Shown here in pieces: positions 26,111 to 38,524 of a stretch of 64,000 bases of DNA (the first letter of the stretch is position 1; the number at the start of each line of letters is the position of its first letter). Position numbers and translations under genes: made by a program. The notes below the pieces were generated by a model that saw only the letters and a list, made by a program, of their open reading frames with translations, was not told the DNA's origin and made no database searches. Source of the DNA: Diadema antillarum (Eukaryota); the NCBI RefSeq assembly GCF_040938485.1, contig NW_027271582.1, forward strand, positions 248,001 to 312,000, given 5' to 3'.

Positions 26111-26644
26111 CCACAGCAAAATTTGAAAAAGTTGCCTTTTCTGTCACCATGCATCAAACCTCCTACCTGCCTAGACACGGACACATCACGACAAGAAGCA
26201 CCCCCTCCATTGAGACTCTCTGAAGCCCTATTAAAGACTGCTCCCTTCCTCATTGGGTACCTCCCTTCCAATAATCCACTAGCCCACTGCCAACACAAGA
26301 CAGTCCTGCCCTAAGCATGAACTACTGGTTGCAGTCTGGGGTCATATTCAAGAGATTTATGTGGGTGAACTGCCCATAACTCCACTTACACAAATGCAAA
26401 CCACTGCCTTGAGGCTTTGATTTATTTGATCCATCCTGGGGGATTTCTTTTTCTTCTCCTTTCTCTGTCACCTTTTCCAATCAACACACGAAGAAAACAA
26501 CATACACAACTACACTATGATGACATTAAAATGTCAAAGGTGATGGTTGCGTCAGTCCAATCCTTGTACCCATACTGTGCTGCAAAGGTACTAAAATATG
26601 CATAATATATGAACACCCCCACTGCACCTGCTATTATTTTTTAA

Positions 26645-27123
26645 ATCTTTATGTGCCATGGTGGAAACTCCCTATATGCCACATTATTCTGAGATACCAA
26701 ATGGGTAGTCATGCCTTGAGAAAACATTCTGTTTTTCAAATCTATTCTGTTAAGTTGGACATGTAGTGAGCAGAGTTGTAGAGAAAATGCGAAGCTTTGC
26801 TTTGACATATTAATTGTATGACAAATCTATGAGTCTTTTTCTGTCAAATGACCAGTAGCCACATTACTGTAAAGGCATGACTTTTGCACACAAAAAAACA
26901 GAAACTTGTAATTTACACGCAAATTGAGTAGGGTAACACCACTTGCTAGTCATTTACCATAATGCAAGCTATTGAGAGGAACGGAATCGCGAAAAATGCT
27001 TCATTGTACTGTGGCATTTGGCAACTTATCGATCGGTTTGGGCGGGTTTGTGCGTTTAAGCAGAATATGTGAAGTTGTCACGCTGTCCATTGAGTCAGGC
27101 GTGCGAACATGGCATGTGACGAG
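26645..27123 (+). mobile_element. piggyBac-like non-autonomous element (same family as 38020-38524), degraded termini
   Basis: Shared blocks gtgccacattattctgaga, acattctgtttttcaaatct and cattgtactg.ggcatttggc...gatcggtttgggcgggtttgtgcgttt. Confidence 0.75.
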
Positions 27124-27143
27124 TAAGGGATAGGGCCTACATT

Positions 27144-27949
27144 CTTTTCTTTTTTTTACTTTTTATTGGATGTAAACCAACAGGTAAACAACATATTTAC
27201 AATATTTACAAAAGGTACACATAAAGTCAATATCAGCAAGGTCAACATATCACATGCTAAGTATACAGAATATTAATTATACAGAAGTTTTAGGTGTCAA
27301 TATCTTGTGGGGAATTGGGTGTTATTTATAAAATTATCAAATATTACAATAAATCATCTCATAAAACGGGCATACAATTAAAAAAAAAAATAGCAAACAT
27401 TATGGAGGGTTAAGTTGGATTGTCCATTTATTGAAATGGTTCGGTAATTTGTCTTTCTTTTCTGCAATTTTCTTTTCAATATTTTGTTTCATTTTTGCAA
27501 AAAACCAGAAATGCCTCAAAAGTTGGATGGCGATCTTGAAATTTGCACACATAGGCCCCTATATGAAATACTTCAAACATAAAAACACAAAATTGATACA
27601 TGTCTTATGTTTTGTTTCCTCATCAATACCAAACATTAGATGAAATGATGAAAAATCCTCATTCATACCAGTTTCTTTTGAAATAAAAAAAATCAAATTA
27701 TGCCAAAGCTGTTTAACTTTATAGCAATTGACAAACAAATGATCCAAGGTTTCAGGATGTTCATTGCAAAAAGAGCAATTTGGTGAATTCTTCTTTTTAA
27801 TCTTAAAAAGGAAACTATTGATCCCGATTGCATTATGAAACATTTTAAAGTAAAATGCTCATAGCTGAGTCTCTATTGTACACCTGAAATTGTTGGTATG
27901 ATAAATAGTCCAATCTACCTCCTTTAAGTCCTCTCCTTCCTCTTGAAAT
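27144..27949 (-). mobile_element. 5'-truncated L1/Tx1-clade non-LTR retrotransposon (ORF2 C-terminal zinc knuckle, 3' UTR, A-tail)
   Basis: DWTIY..CTIETQL*AFYFKMFH..N..L......CSFCNEHPETLDHLFVNC (C-x2-C-x8-H-x4-C) ...IEKKIA..K...HFNKW. AATAAA at 27167-27162, then an A-rich tail. 13-bp TSD tagggcctacatt at 27131-27143 and 27950-27962. Confidence 0.9.
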
Positions 27950-28623
27950 TAGGGCCTACATTTTAGACGACAAGTGCTGTAAACAGTCTTGTCCCCCTTT
28001 TACAAGGAAATTTCATGGAAAACATAAAAAAGAAGCAGAGGTTGAGCAAAGATAAAGAGAAATGCTCTGAGTCATATCCATTCCTTTACTAGAAAAAATG
28101 GGGAAAAAACAAACAAACAAACAAACCCACATAGAGGCCTAACCATACCTGACGAATATCCATAAAATTTGTATCTCTGACTTAAAATTAACCAGGTAAA
28201 GATATCCAAGCTTGGCAATACAGGTGATACCCACAGAACCCTCCTACCCATTCCAACATCCTCTGAATCCCCATCACCCCCCCCCCCCAAAAAAAAAAAA
28301 CACCCCCACACACACACATGCTTATGGAGATGCCTCAGCACAAGGTGTGCCCCCTGTCTCCAGGTGCCTGCTCTCCCCTGCCACCTAATTACAAGCGACA
28401 ACACTTCAGTGCGCCGTAATTAGCCACATCAGTACACCCTCCTCTGCCAAGCTTCTTTTTTTCTTTTTGTTCTCCTTTTACGAGGGATGCGGAGACATCG
28501 GGGATGGAGCGCAAACTTGGGAGAGGATGAGGGGGTGGAAGATCTACTGACAGCACTGGGGATTGCAACCAAGGAGAAGATCTGGTCACGGAAATCATCT
28601 TCAATCTGCATGACTGAGGTGTG

Positions 28624-28628
<5 letters not shown>

Positions 28629-28665
<37 letters not shown>
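28629..28665. repeat. (TG)n microsatellite
   Basis: Direct reading. Confidence 0.95.
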
Positions 28666-28667
<2 letters not shown>

Positions 28668-29466
28668 GGAGTTTGTGTGTGTGTATGTAAGTATTGGGGG
28701 GGGGGGGACAATTGAATAGCACTGGCATTAAAAATGGTATTGGACCCTACAGTTCTGGCTGCATAATATCAATGACTTTTTAATTCGAAAAAAATAATAT
28801 AATGATGATAAAGAATATGATTTTGCAATGTAACTAAGAGGGATTAGGAAGGTCAGGGTATCACACAATTTCCAGAAAAAAAGCTATCTAGAGTATACGA
28901 AACATGTTCTTTTGGGTAATGATAAAGACTGAAAGAAAAAGACTGAAAAAAGGTTGTGCAGTGCTCAAGGGAAAAAGTGTGGCGCTGCATGATTAAGATT
29001 ATAGCACCCATTCATCAATTAGATTTCATAGTCTAATCTCAGAACAGGATAGTGTCTGATCATTTCAAAAAGGAAAAGAACAGTACCATATTTTAGCACA
29101 AAGGCATAAAAAGAGGGCAAAAATGTCAAAGACAGCCAAAAGAAAGAGCACATCTTTGTGTCACATATTGACACAATGTGACATTTGGCATATTTCAGAG
29201 AGGAGTCCCTCCCCATTTTTGTCAACTGCATCTCAAATCAACATACAAATTTGACAAGTTATGTGCTCCTTGCACCCCAACTTTTATGAACCACAAGATG
29301 GAGTTCATTACTGCCATTTCCATCAAATTTTGTAGCACTTACAATGAGTGATTAGGTTGCCCTCTATGTCTCTGACCTAATATCTTGGCCATTCTTGGAG
29401 GAGTTATATGTTGTTTAAATGTTCTGGCAGGGATCTAATGTGGGATGGTCTGTATTGGCTGTCTCA

Positions 29467-29890
29467 GGCTGCATTTATCAACTTTCCAACGTTTGAAATG
29501 GTTTCACTAACCACTATCAAAACATGTTTGCAAACGTCAAGTCTGTCGTGAGTTGATTGGGAAGCGTTGTCACTCTGCAGCTCCACTGCACAGTTTAACC
29601 TGTGAAGCAGAGATGTGTAGAACTTCGGCAGTGGTTGGAGTGGGCAGGCCTGGGCTATAATAGGTTTGAAAACGGCTTTGCATTTATCAACTCTACAGAA
29701 ACGCATTTCTGGCTCAAATGTATATTGCAATCACCCTTTTTTTTTTTTTTTTTTGCATTTCAGAAACATGATTCTAACCCCAAAATCGAAACAGCTTTTA
29801 ATATTACCCTACTTTTATCAACTGCCCAAAAACTCCCTGAAAGTCGCCAGCAGTGAGCTGATAACTGCAACCTCGGAAAACAGACATGCC
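29467..29890. mobile_element. Partial Harbinger-like element (GGCTGCATTTATC family); related fragment at ~44470-44600
   Basis: Starts ggctgcatttatcaac. The block gcatttatcaactctacagaaacg...ttctaacccc is shared with ~36215-36330 and ~44480-44590. Confidence 0.55.
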
Positions 29891-31946
29891 AAGAAGACAA
29901 TTAACGAGGGGTGGGGGGGAGACATCTGACAGAGGTAATGAGCAGTTGTCGTGGTCTGGGAAGCATGGAATTGTAAGCTCCATGTGACTGCCATACCGAT
30001 GATGACCAAATATAGCACACAATATGAATACATACAATATATAAGGCACCGGTTTCTTCCGAGCGTGTGGTGTGGGCTTTTTCCATTCTCTTTCCCTCTT
30101 AGCACACAATTGCCGTAGGTGTGGGAAAGCTGCCAAAGAATGTTTACTGCGGTAGCCAACTTTGCATTTCGCTTTCTCTTTATCAAAGACCATCCATTTT
30201 TGTTACTTTGTAGAAAATACTTTTTTGTTGTTTTCGCTTCCTGTATACCGTCCTCAACTATGTCAATTAAGCATGACTAACCAATGCTCACAGTTTTCCA
30301 ATCACATTTCATATAAACAGCCCAAATTCCTCGCTTGAAGGAAATCTAACAAAACCCCGGCCTTGGTGGTTGTTTACAGCAACCCTCGTTAGACAACAAC
30401 CGAAAAATTGTGGCACATCAGCTGTCAAGCTTTGGAAAGTCTCGCCTGGGTTACCCTGACTGTACGAGATAGGGCATTTATAGGTCACCTAATACGGCAA
30501 AGCTGATCTACGATGCTTTTGTCTAGATGGTAGCTGGAAGAAAGAAATAAAGAATGTTACAGAGTACACCTACATATTCCTCTTTCTAGCAATAACAAAG
30601 CAACAATACATCCAGGCTACATATCAGCTAGCAATTCCATATCCTACATCGCATCAATTCTTTCCAAATGTGCGTGAATGGAACAACTGGTTGAAAAGCA
30701 TAGGAGGCACTCTTTTCAACGAAACCCTCCTCCTCTTCCTCCTCCTCTTCGAACCTTCCTACATCTGCTGCTGGTACTACATGTGTACATGTGAGTACGT
30801 GATGCCACGAGGTTAGGTGTAGGTGTTTTTACTTCCAGTGAGAAGCTGTTATCTAATTTAGCACCAATATCCTGCCTACTTCCAGAAGATGTAAGCTATG
30901 CTGCTCGGAGTATTACATGTAGATGACTTTTCTACCACAGAAGCCATCCCTTCCCAATCCCTCTCCCAATCCCAACCCCAGAGATACAGTGCACTCCCGT
31001 TACACGACTTTAACAAAATTCCGGTTACAACAAAGCAAAAATTCAGATCACAACATCATCCGCTTCATGTTTTTTATTGTTTAGTTATTTGGTTTACAAC
31101 GAAAACTTCAATACAATGAAGAAAGAAAATGCCGGTTCTGAGGACTTTGTTACAACAGGCCAGTGCTGTATACAAATTGTTAATATATTTTGTGGCAACA
31201 CAATTGTTTCTTTAATGCAACAGTGCTCTTTCTAGCTTTCACTTGAAAGAATTCGCAAACTCAGGAGATTTTGACCTCAAGAAGAGAGAAATGATGGAGG
31301 ATATTTGCAGGGAGTGAAGGGCAAACAGCTTTTGAGGTTCCACTACATCCATATCATACGATGATAATCTCCCCTTTATTCAGCCACACCATGGGATTGT
31401 GAGAATCTGTCTCAAACCAACAGCATTGTAAACAACCTTCCTGTTTTTTTCTGGATTGCAGTAATTATGACATCAAGAATCAACAGGACACCTGACATGA
31501 TGACACTGCTATAAAAAGACCCTGCTCAGGGCAACATTACACAAGAGTTCAAGTAACATGACCAATGTTTCAAAAAAATGAGGACATAAGGCATTGTATT
31601 CTCACTGTGTACAGATGTTCAGGCTGTACTACAGTGGTAAATAATAAACCATGGGCATTCTACAAAATTGTCAAATCTTCATGCCCCTGGACTCATACAT
31701 ATCTCCCACGTACAATGTATGTTACATCTAGCATTAGTTCTATACCATGAAAAATTATGCAATTTTTTTTTCCAGGCCGTAGTGAGGGCAACTGCATCTG
31801 CAACAGTAAGCCTGTATAAGCAGCAACATAGACTGCAACTTTTTAACAACAAACGAAGTTGAATACAGTGGATCTATAATAATAATGGTAAACTCCTAAA
31901 TCAAAATATCAATTTCGAGAATACACTACCAAAGACTTCTCCAAAT

Positions 31947-32636
31947 GTGACCCTGCACCTCAAAACAAACAAAAAGTCGCCAGACATGAATTTTTAGTTA
32001 AAATCATATTCTGAAAGAGCAGACTTTAAGCTTTAAAATGATGTATAACTCAAATCAAATGGACTCTCCTAACCAATCTAAATATTGGAAAGAAAGCACA
32101 AACTCAGGAAAAGTGTGAACTGAGAAAAGAGGCTCTGAAATACAGTGTCTATTCAAGCGCTTAATCTTTACCAAACCGTGCTGGCTGTGCAATGAATGGG
32201 ACAAAAAAACAGGAAGTAAACCACCAGAGTAACAACAATGAAGGGATTATCAGATTGAACTGAAATTAAGCATGCCTCATTAACACATTCTGTCCATAAT
32301 TAATGCCAACTTTCAAAGCAGTAGCACTACCCTTTCAAAAGTTATGAGTTGAAAGTGAAGAGTGTGGACAAGGTTTTTCAGAAATGAAAAAGGGATTCTA
32401 AAGACACACCTAAATCACACCATTCTACCAAAAATGTTGGAGATAAACTGCTAAAAAAAACACATTTTCCTGCCCGTTTTATGATACCAAATTTTAGCAT
32501 AATGTAAAAGAAGACCCGCTCTTTCAGAAAATATGAAAAAGTCAAGATCGGCTAGGTTGACCCATTTCACTTATTTTCAGTCCTCACGCAAAATCAGTGT
32601 GTGCGACTTTATGTTCGTTTTGAGGTGCACGGTCAC
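31947..32636. mobile_element. ~690-bp Sola1-like non-autonomous DNA transposon, copy 2 (inverted relative to copy 1)
   Basis: AAAT|GTGACC...GGTCAC|AAAT; AWWT TSD; same TIR and body as 5606-6294. Confidence 0.82.
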
Positions 32637-33659
32637 AAATAACCTTTATGTCCAGTGCATTGAATACCCTTGTGTAGTCACCATCCAATTCTCTATGTGG
32701 CTGAGGTATACAATTTTTGGTTAAATGAAGGATACAATTCAGGCCTACCTTTATGCTAAAAGCACATCAGAACAGTTTCCTTAATCATCACATAATAGAA
32801 CTGGGTCATATGATTTCATAAAGCAAGCCACATCATGTGTTGTGAGCATGCCTTTCTATTCACACAGGAAGTAACACAACACCCAATACCATCACAAAGT
32901 TAATTCATAAACATCAACAGAATTATAAATCGAATGAATGAGTACATTAGCTTAAGTGGGAGCTATTACTGTAAATGTGTAATTCTGACTACACACAAGT
33001 CTAGACAGGGTTCAAAATAAGTGTGCATCACTAGATAGGCTTATCACAATATGAGGTGATGAGCTGACGCGAGCCGGAGGGCGCAGTTGCGGGCACATTT
33101 ATGCCATAAAAAGTATTTAAACCACCTGACTGGAGTTGAGGCTACATTCACTTTTGCCAACACACCTGACATTATCGCACCTTTTACTCTCACCTGGCTG
33201 GCATAAGATTACTGGCGGGTGGGGGTGGGGTGGCGGGTGGGGGTGGGGTGGCATGGGGGGGGGGGGGGGGGGAGGCAGTATTTGGGGTACAGGCTTTCAA
33301 TGGTCCAGCATTACATCCATGCACCAAGTACAGCAAGCGTGCCAAGAATAGCCCTACTCTTGCATCCTCCGACACTAGACACTCCGCGCTTTTGCAAAGC
33401 ACCCTGGGGTCATTCTAAAAACAGCGTGATCTCCCTCAGCACATTACCCAATAAACACTGGAGTTGTGGCGCTGCATTTATATAGATCTTTACGCTCCTC
33501 TATTCACGTCTCCGGGAGCGAGAAATGAAACTTTGATCTGCTACACCAAAGCAGCTCATCTTAGGCAGGAACTGATATCTACAAACCTCATGTCTGCAGA
33601 ACAATCATTCTGCTCTGCCAAGCATGGTCATGCTGTGACTGAACTGGTGATACTAAACT

Positions 33660-34070
33660 GGTGATCTATCACTTAGTCTACTCCCACTTCGTCTAATAGC
33701 CATTTAGTCTCAACCCACATGGTACTAATCCTGCTTCGTCTACAACCAGCTCGTCTATGACCATTTAGTCCAATTGCCACTTTAGAATAGCCTCATTACC
33801 AGGTGGTCTACTTCCAGATGGGCTATGCCCGCTTCATCTAATACCCACAGTTGATTAGACAAAATGGGAAAAAGTCCAAGGAGACAAAACTGCACTTAGA
33901 CTATCTGGTCATTAGACGAAACAACAAGTAGCCAAACCAAGGAAGAAGTAGAGCAAAAATGGGCATTAGACGAAATTGACAGTAGACCAAGTGAGTTTAG
34001 CCGTAGTGGTGTTACTGTTAGACGAACTGGGAAGTAGACCATCTGATAGTAGACCAAGTGGCAATAAACC
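33660..34070. mobile_element. Foldback-like element with repeated GTCTA motifs, possible Merlin-like, abutting the exon 3 donor
   Basis: GGT...ACC termini. The left half (cacttagtctact, cttcgtcta) is mirrored by the right half (tagacgaa, agtagaccaagtg). Flanking 8-mers actaaact/actaaaca match at 7/8. Confidence 0.65.
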
Positions 34071-34081
34071 ACTAAACATAC

Positions 34082-34200
34082 CTTGGCAGGCAACGTGTTG
34101 GCATTCTTGTCGATGACCGCGTTTTGGCCGCTGTCCGTCATACCTGGCTTGGACATGTTGATAATTGGGTCACTCCCTCTTCGAACTTGCAACTTGGAAT
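34082..34200 (-). CDS. PARD3: Par-3 exon 3/16: (H)SKLQVRRGSDPIINMSKPG...NTLPAK
   Basis: ccccgctag acceptor, AAG|gtatgt donor, 119 nt, phase 1-0. RRGSDP corresponds to the conserved RRSSDP Par-1/14-3-3 site. Confidence 0.93.
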
Positions 34201-34390
34201 CTAGCGGGGATGACCATACAAGAGGAACAGTATGACACAGATTAGAAAAGTTGCAAATCATTGATTTTTAGGCTATAAGTTGTAAAACATTTATTATTAA
34301 AAGTATCCGAAAGTTTCGCAACTAGAGTCTCAAATCAGCTCTATTCAGTACTGCGAAAATTTTGCTATTATAGGCCTACAGGTGGACCTG

Positions 34391-34574
34391 GGCCCCATTT
34401 CATAAAAGATATTAGGATGGCAACTCTTGCTGGCATGGCAACTTCCAAAAGCAACAGCCAATGAAGAAGCTGGATTCTTGTCATTGTCATGACAATTGCC
34501 ATTACAGCAACAATGGCCATTCAAATGGCCATTACAGCCACTGCCATTATACCAACTTTTTATGAAACGGGACC
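34391..34574. mobile_element. MITE with 3-bp CTG TSD (PIF/Harbinger-related)
   Basis: CTG|ggccccatttcataaaag ... ctttttatgaaacgggacc|CTG. Confidence 0.7.
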
Positions 34575-35984
34575 CTGGTTTTTCAAACAAAAATTGGCTA
34601 GTCTGACAGGGGTTAGACCTTTCACGACTTTCACACGACTAGAAAAATAAATATTCTTGTTTATCATCATCACTGTTTCAGAACTGCAATTCTGATTGTC
34701 TCCAGACATAGGAAACATTTAAGACAGCAGAATGACTTCCTGTGAAAAGATTCTTTAAAACTGCTGATAACATTCCATACATAGTCATAAGCCCTGCAGC
34801 ACACATCATAGCCCGACAATCGAATAAACAGCTCCCCCATTACACATTCATATTGCTGTCATAATGTACACATGCACATCTCAAATCTCAAGCGGTGACG
34901 TGCATTTAGGTCTTAGCTTTTACGCTTCACCTCCGAGAAACATGTTTTAGAGATCAAACCTTTCAGCTTTTTGTGGTACACCACAAATCCAGTGAAAAAT
35001 TGCTTTAAGATATATAGTCATAAATGTCCCTCCAGAAAATGAAAAACTAGTGGTTGAATGTAACTTGAGAACCAAGTTCCAAGAGTTGCAATCATGGAGA
35101 AACAGGATTCATGGTTTCCTGGAGAGTTACAAAATTCCTCTGATTAGCATAAAATGCATTTCATGAAGGTTTACAGACATGCTTCTGCAAATCTGAAAGG
35201 GCCTCCAAGATGCCAGTCACAATGCCATTAGGTACAACCATGGAACTCCAGTACGTCCATGGTGCGACTATTTAAAAAAAAAAAAATAAAAATAGGCCAG
35301 ACAACATACACATTCCTTCAGCTACAGGTTATAAGAGTTCCTGCCAACTTTGTATCAGATTTGAGTATAAAACATTAGACAGCTACAAACAACTCCATAG
35401 CAGACTGTGTTTAATAAACAATCCTTTATTCTTCACTCCAGCTGTTAGTGCTGCAAAGCTTTTGCCTCCATTACAGAATAACCTTCAAGCAAAGCTGTTA
35501 CTCCATTCCCCCTGGTTAATTTGTTTGGATGCTTATAAACAGCTTGGGTTGTATCAACCATTTGGAGCCACTGACCACCAATTTCAACTCATTTCTTCTG
35601 GGACAACATACAGTTGATTTATGGTGTTGCAAGCTGGCTGTTTAACAAAGAAAGAAAAAAAAAAAACACATACACACACAGAAAAAAAAAACATGAAAAA
35701 TTCCCAAGATGGTCAGTCTTCCTTTATTATGCATGAAAGTTCAACCTAAAACCTTGCCACACATTCCTTTTCAAATAACACCAAACAAAAGTTTATGTTC
35801 AGCCAAACCGGGAAGGGAGATGAGATCACGATGTTTTCTGTAAAGTGGGCAGAGTCTTTTTTTTTCTCTCCCCCTCCCCTTTTTAAAGTATTATTATGGA
35901 ATACTGTGATTTCTGATCATATTTATTTCTGTTATGCAACTGTTATGAAAATCATTAAAGACATTAAAAAAAAGAGTCTTCAAG

Positions 35985-37445
35985 GGCTGCATTTATCATT
36001 TTTCCAATGTGTGAAACAAGTTTCAGTACCCACTATCAACACGTGCATATGTAAAAAAGCCTTTCTCGGCTTGCATTTCCCTAGCTATGTTTATCATCTC
36101 TCCGAGTCAAGAGGAACTCCTTCTCATTGCGCGGCTCCAATGCGCTGTTTGACCCAAGGAGCAGAGATCGTGTAGTTGGCATGGGTAGGTGCGAGCGATA
36201 AACACACTTCAAAATGACTTTGCTTTTATCATCTCTACAGAAACGTGTTTCTGGTTCAAATGCACTTGAGATTACACTTTTTTCAGCATTTCAGAGAGGC
36301 ATTTCTAACCCCATGATCAAAAGTTTTACATTTATCTACTGCCCATATCTCCCTGGACTTTGTTTGAAAACTCAATTCTATGCCAGGAGTGAGCTGATAA
36401 AGAAACATAGCACCTCACTATTTTCTTGCGTATGTTGTTGTTGTTGGGGGGGGGGGGGGGGGGGGGTAAATGTATGCAGTTGCTCGTGTTCAGATATCCA
36501 GATTTGGCAATCCTGCAGGTGTCATAGACGACTTTTGGGTTTTGAGAAGAAGTCAGCCAGGTAATGGCGGATATCACAAAGCAGTGAATCCATGTCGAGA
36601 TTATGTCTGAAGCTCCGCAGATTCGAGAGATTTCTTTTTAAAAGGCTGCGATCACCCAGGCCAAAATGCAGATCTGGTAGCTCCGAGAATCTCTGAAAGC
36701 CTGCATGGTAGACTGCAATCACTGTCACCTGTTCGCCTCATCTCCAGTCAGTCCACCAGGCAAAGAGCAACAAACAAACAGACACCAAAGCCTGTCTGGT
36801 GAAGTCCTCCTCGCATCAAATATGACTTTGGAAGTCGTACTGTTTAACATCTCACACCTACAGAGCACATTTTGATCTCTCCCCGACAGAAAAGGGGGGG
36901 GGGGAGATGGAACCCTTTCATACTGATTTATAAGGGACTTGTTCGAAAACCTGTATAGAAGCACTTTACTGTAATAAATCTGTCAGACATGTTTTGTATG
37001 AAGTCCAAAGGCAAACTGGAATCCAGTATCTCCTCCAAACTCATTTCACATAAATCATGTTTTGCCAATCATGGTTTCCAGTCCTGCTTCTACGCTTGAT
37101 CAAAGATGCATTTCAGAAACAATCTTAAGGCAGAATCATGATCCTATCCACGTTTGAGGCATTTTCGGGGGTTACAGATAAATGCAACCGTGTTTTCTGG
37201 TTGTGTTTTCTACCCATTATATGTGTGTGAATGATGAGGCACGTTTGGTGGTATACAGTTGACCTTTACTTCCCAGGTCCAACGGCGCAAAGCAGCTATG
37301 CAGTAACAACATTTCAATCGCGAATGTATGATGGTAAGATAAACGCTGCACCCTGAGAATTGCGTTTCAAACCACGTTTTAACAGACACCATTCCAAACG
37401 CATTTTGAAACATGATTCTCTCTCTCAAGTGAGATAAATGCAGCC
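35985..37445. mobile_element. ~1.46-kb composite Harbinger-like non-autonomous element
   Basis: TIR ggctgcatttatc ... gataaatgcagcc, plus an internal copy gataaatgcaacc at 37177. No transposase-like ORF recognised. Confidence 0.55.
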
Positions 37446-38019
37446 TAAATGACTAAAGAGAAGACATATTAGCAGTCTGAAAGCAGATAGCAAGACAGAG
37501 AGGGAGAAAGAGAGAGATGGGGGGGGGGGGAAGAGAGGAGGAGACAAGGAGATAGAAGAGGTGGAGGGGAAATGAAGGTGTTTCTAGAGGCGCTATATTC
37601 ATGCTCCACCACGCTGAAGTGCAACGTGCCATGACATAACTTCCGCCAGCTCGAACAAGTTCCAAGAACACTTTCAACATTCTGGTCGAAGGAAAAATAG
37701 CGATGAAAAAAGCGGGGAATAATTGCCAGGACAAGCTCGTACCGAACGAATTAAAACACCATCAGACAGGATTCCATGCGAAATCATGACTCCATCTATG
37801 GTATCACTAACGCATCTTGAAGATAATTAGCGAGAAAATATTCTAATGATTGGCGCATTGGGGAAGAAGGTCCTCTGTCTTCTACACTGAAAGAACCAAA
37901 AATTAGTATCACTTATTTTTTTTTTGGCAGATGCAATGACCTTGGGGAGCCAGTTGTAAAAACTCTTTCTCATGTTCACATGTCATCAAAAGTTTGCAAA
38001 TTTCCATACATATGTTTAA

Positions 38020-38524
38020 CTCTTTATGTGCCATAGTGTAAACCCTCCTGTGTGCCACATTATTCTGAGACTGCAACATAGTTATGCTTTGGAATTTTAA
38101 ACATTCTGTTTTTCAAATCTGAGTAGCCTTTACAGATTGTTGTTACCCTAGACATGGTAAGGAGCAAAGTTAGAGAGGAAACGCCACTGTTTGTTTTTGA
38201 TGTAAACTGTACGACAAAAATGTGTGATGGCTTCGCCAGGTAGCTACATTCTTGAAGAGGCATGACTTTTGCATACAAAATAGAAACAGACACTTATTAT
38301 CTACTTGCAAATCCAGGAGGGAACTCCCCTTGATAGTCAATCACTACATTAAACGCAAGATACATGTGATTTGAATGGAATCGTGAGAAACGCGTTCATT
38401 GTACTGCGGCATTTGGCTATTTATTGATCGGTTTGGGCGGGTTTGTGCGTTTGACTTTGAGCAGACTATGCCAAGTTGGTACGCCGTTGACAGAGTCGGG
38501 CGTGTGAACATGGCACATAAAGAG
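38020..38524 (+). mobile_element. Intact ~505-bp piggyBac-like non-autonomous element
   Basis: TTAA|ctctttatgtgccat ... atggcacataaagag|TTAA: perfect 15-bp TIR and TTAA TSD. Confidence 0.85.

Noticed and set aside
28389-28728. ORFs that might be an alternative first exon for a CR1-less isoform
   Set aside because: No convincing donor in frame with exon 4 and no recognisable similarity.
33194-33211. 18-nt exon-like segment ccgccag|TAATCTTATGCCAGCCAG|gtgaga
   Set aside because: Begins with an in-frame stop, and its acceptor tract is a poly-C repeat; likely chance.
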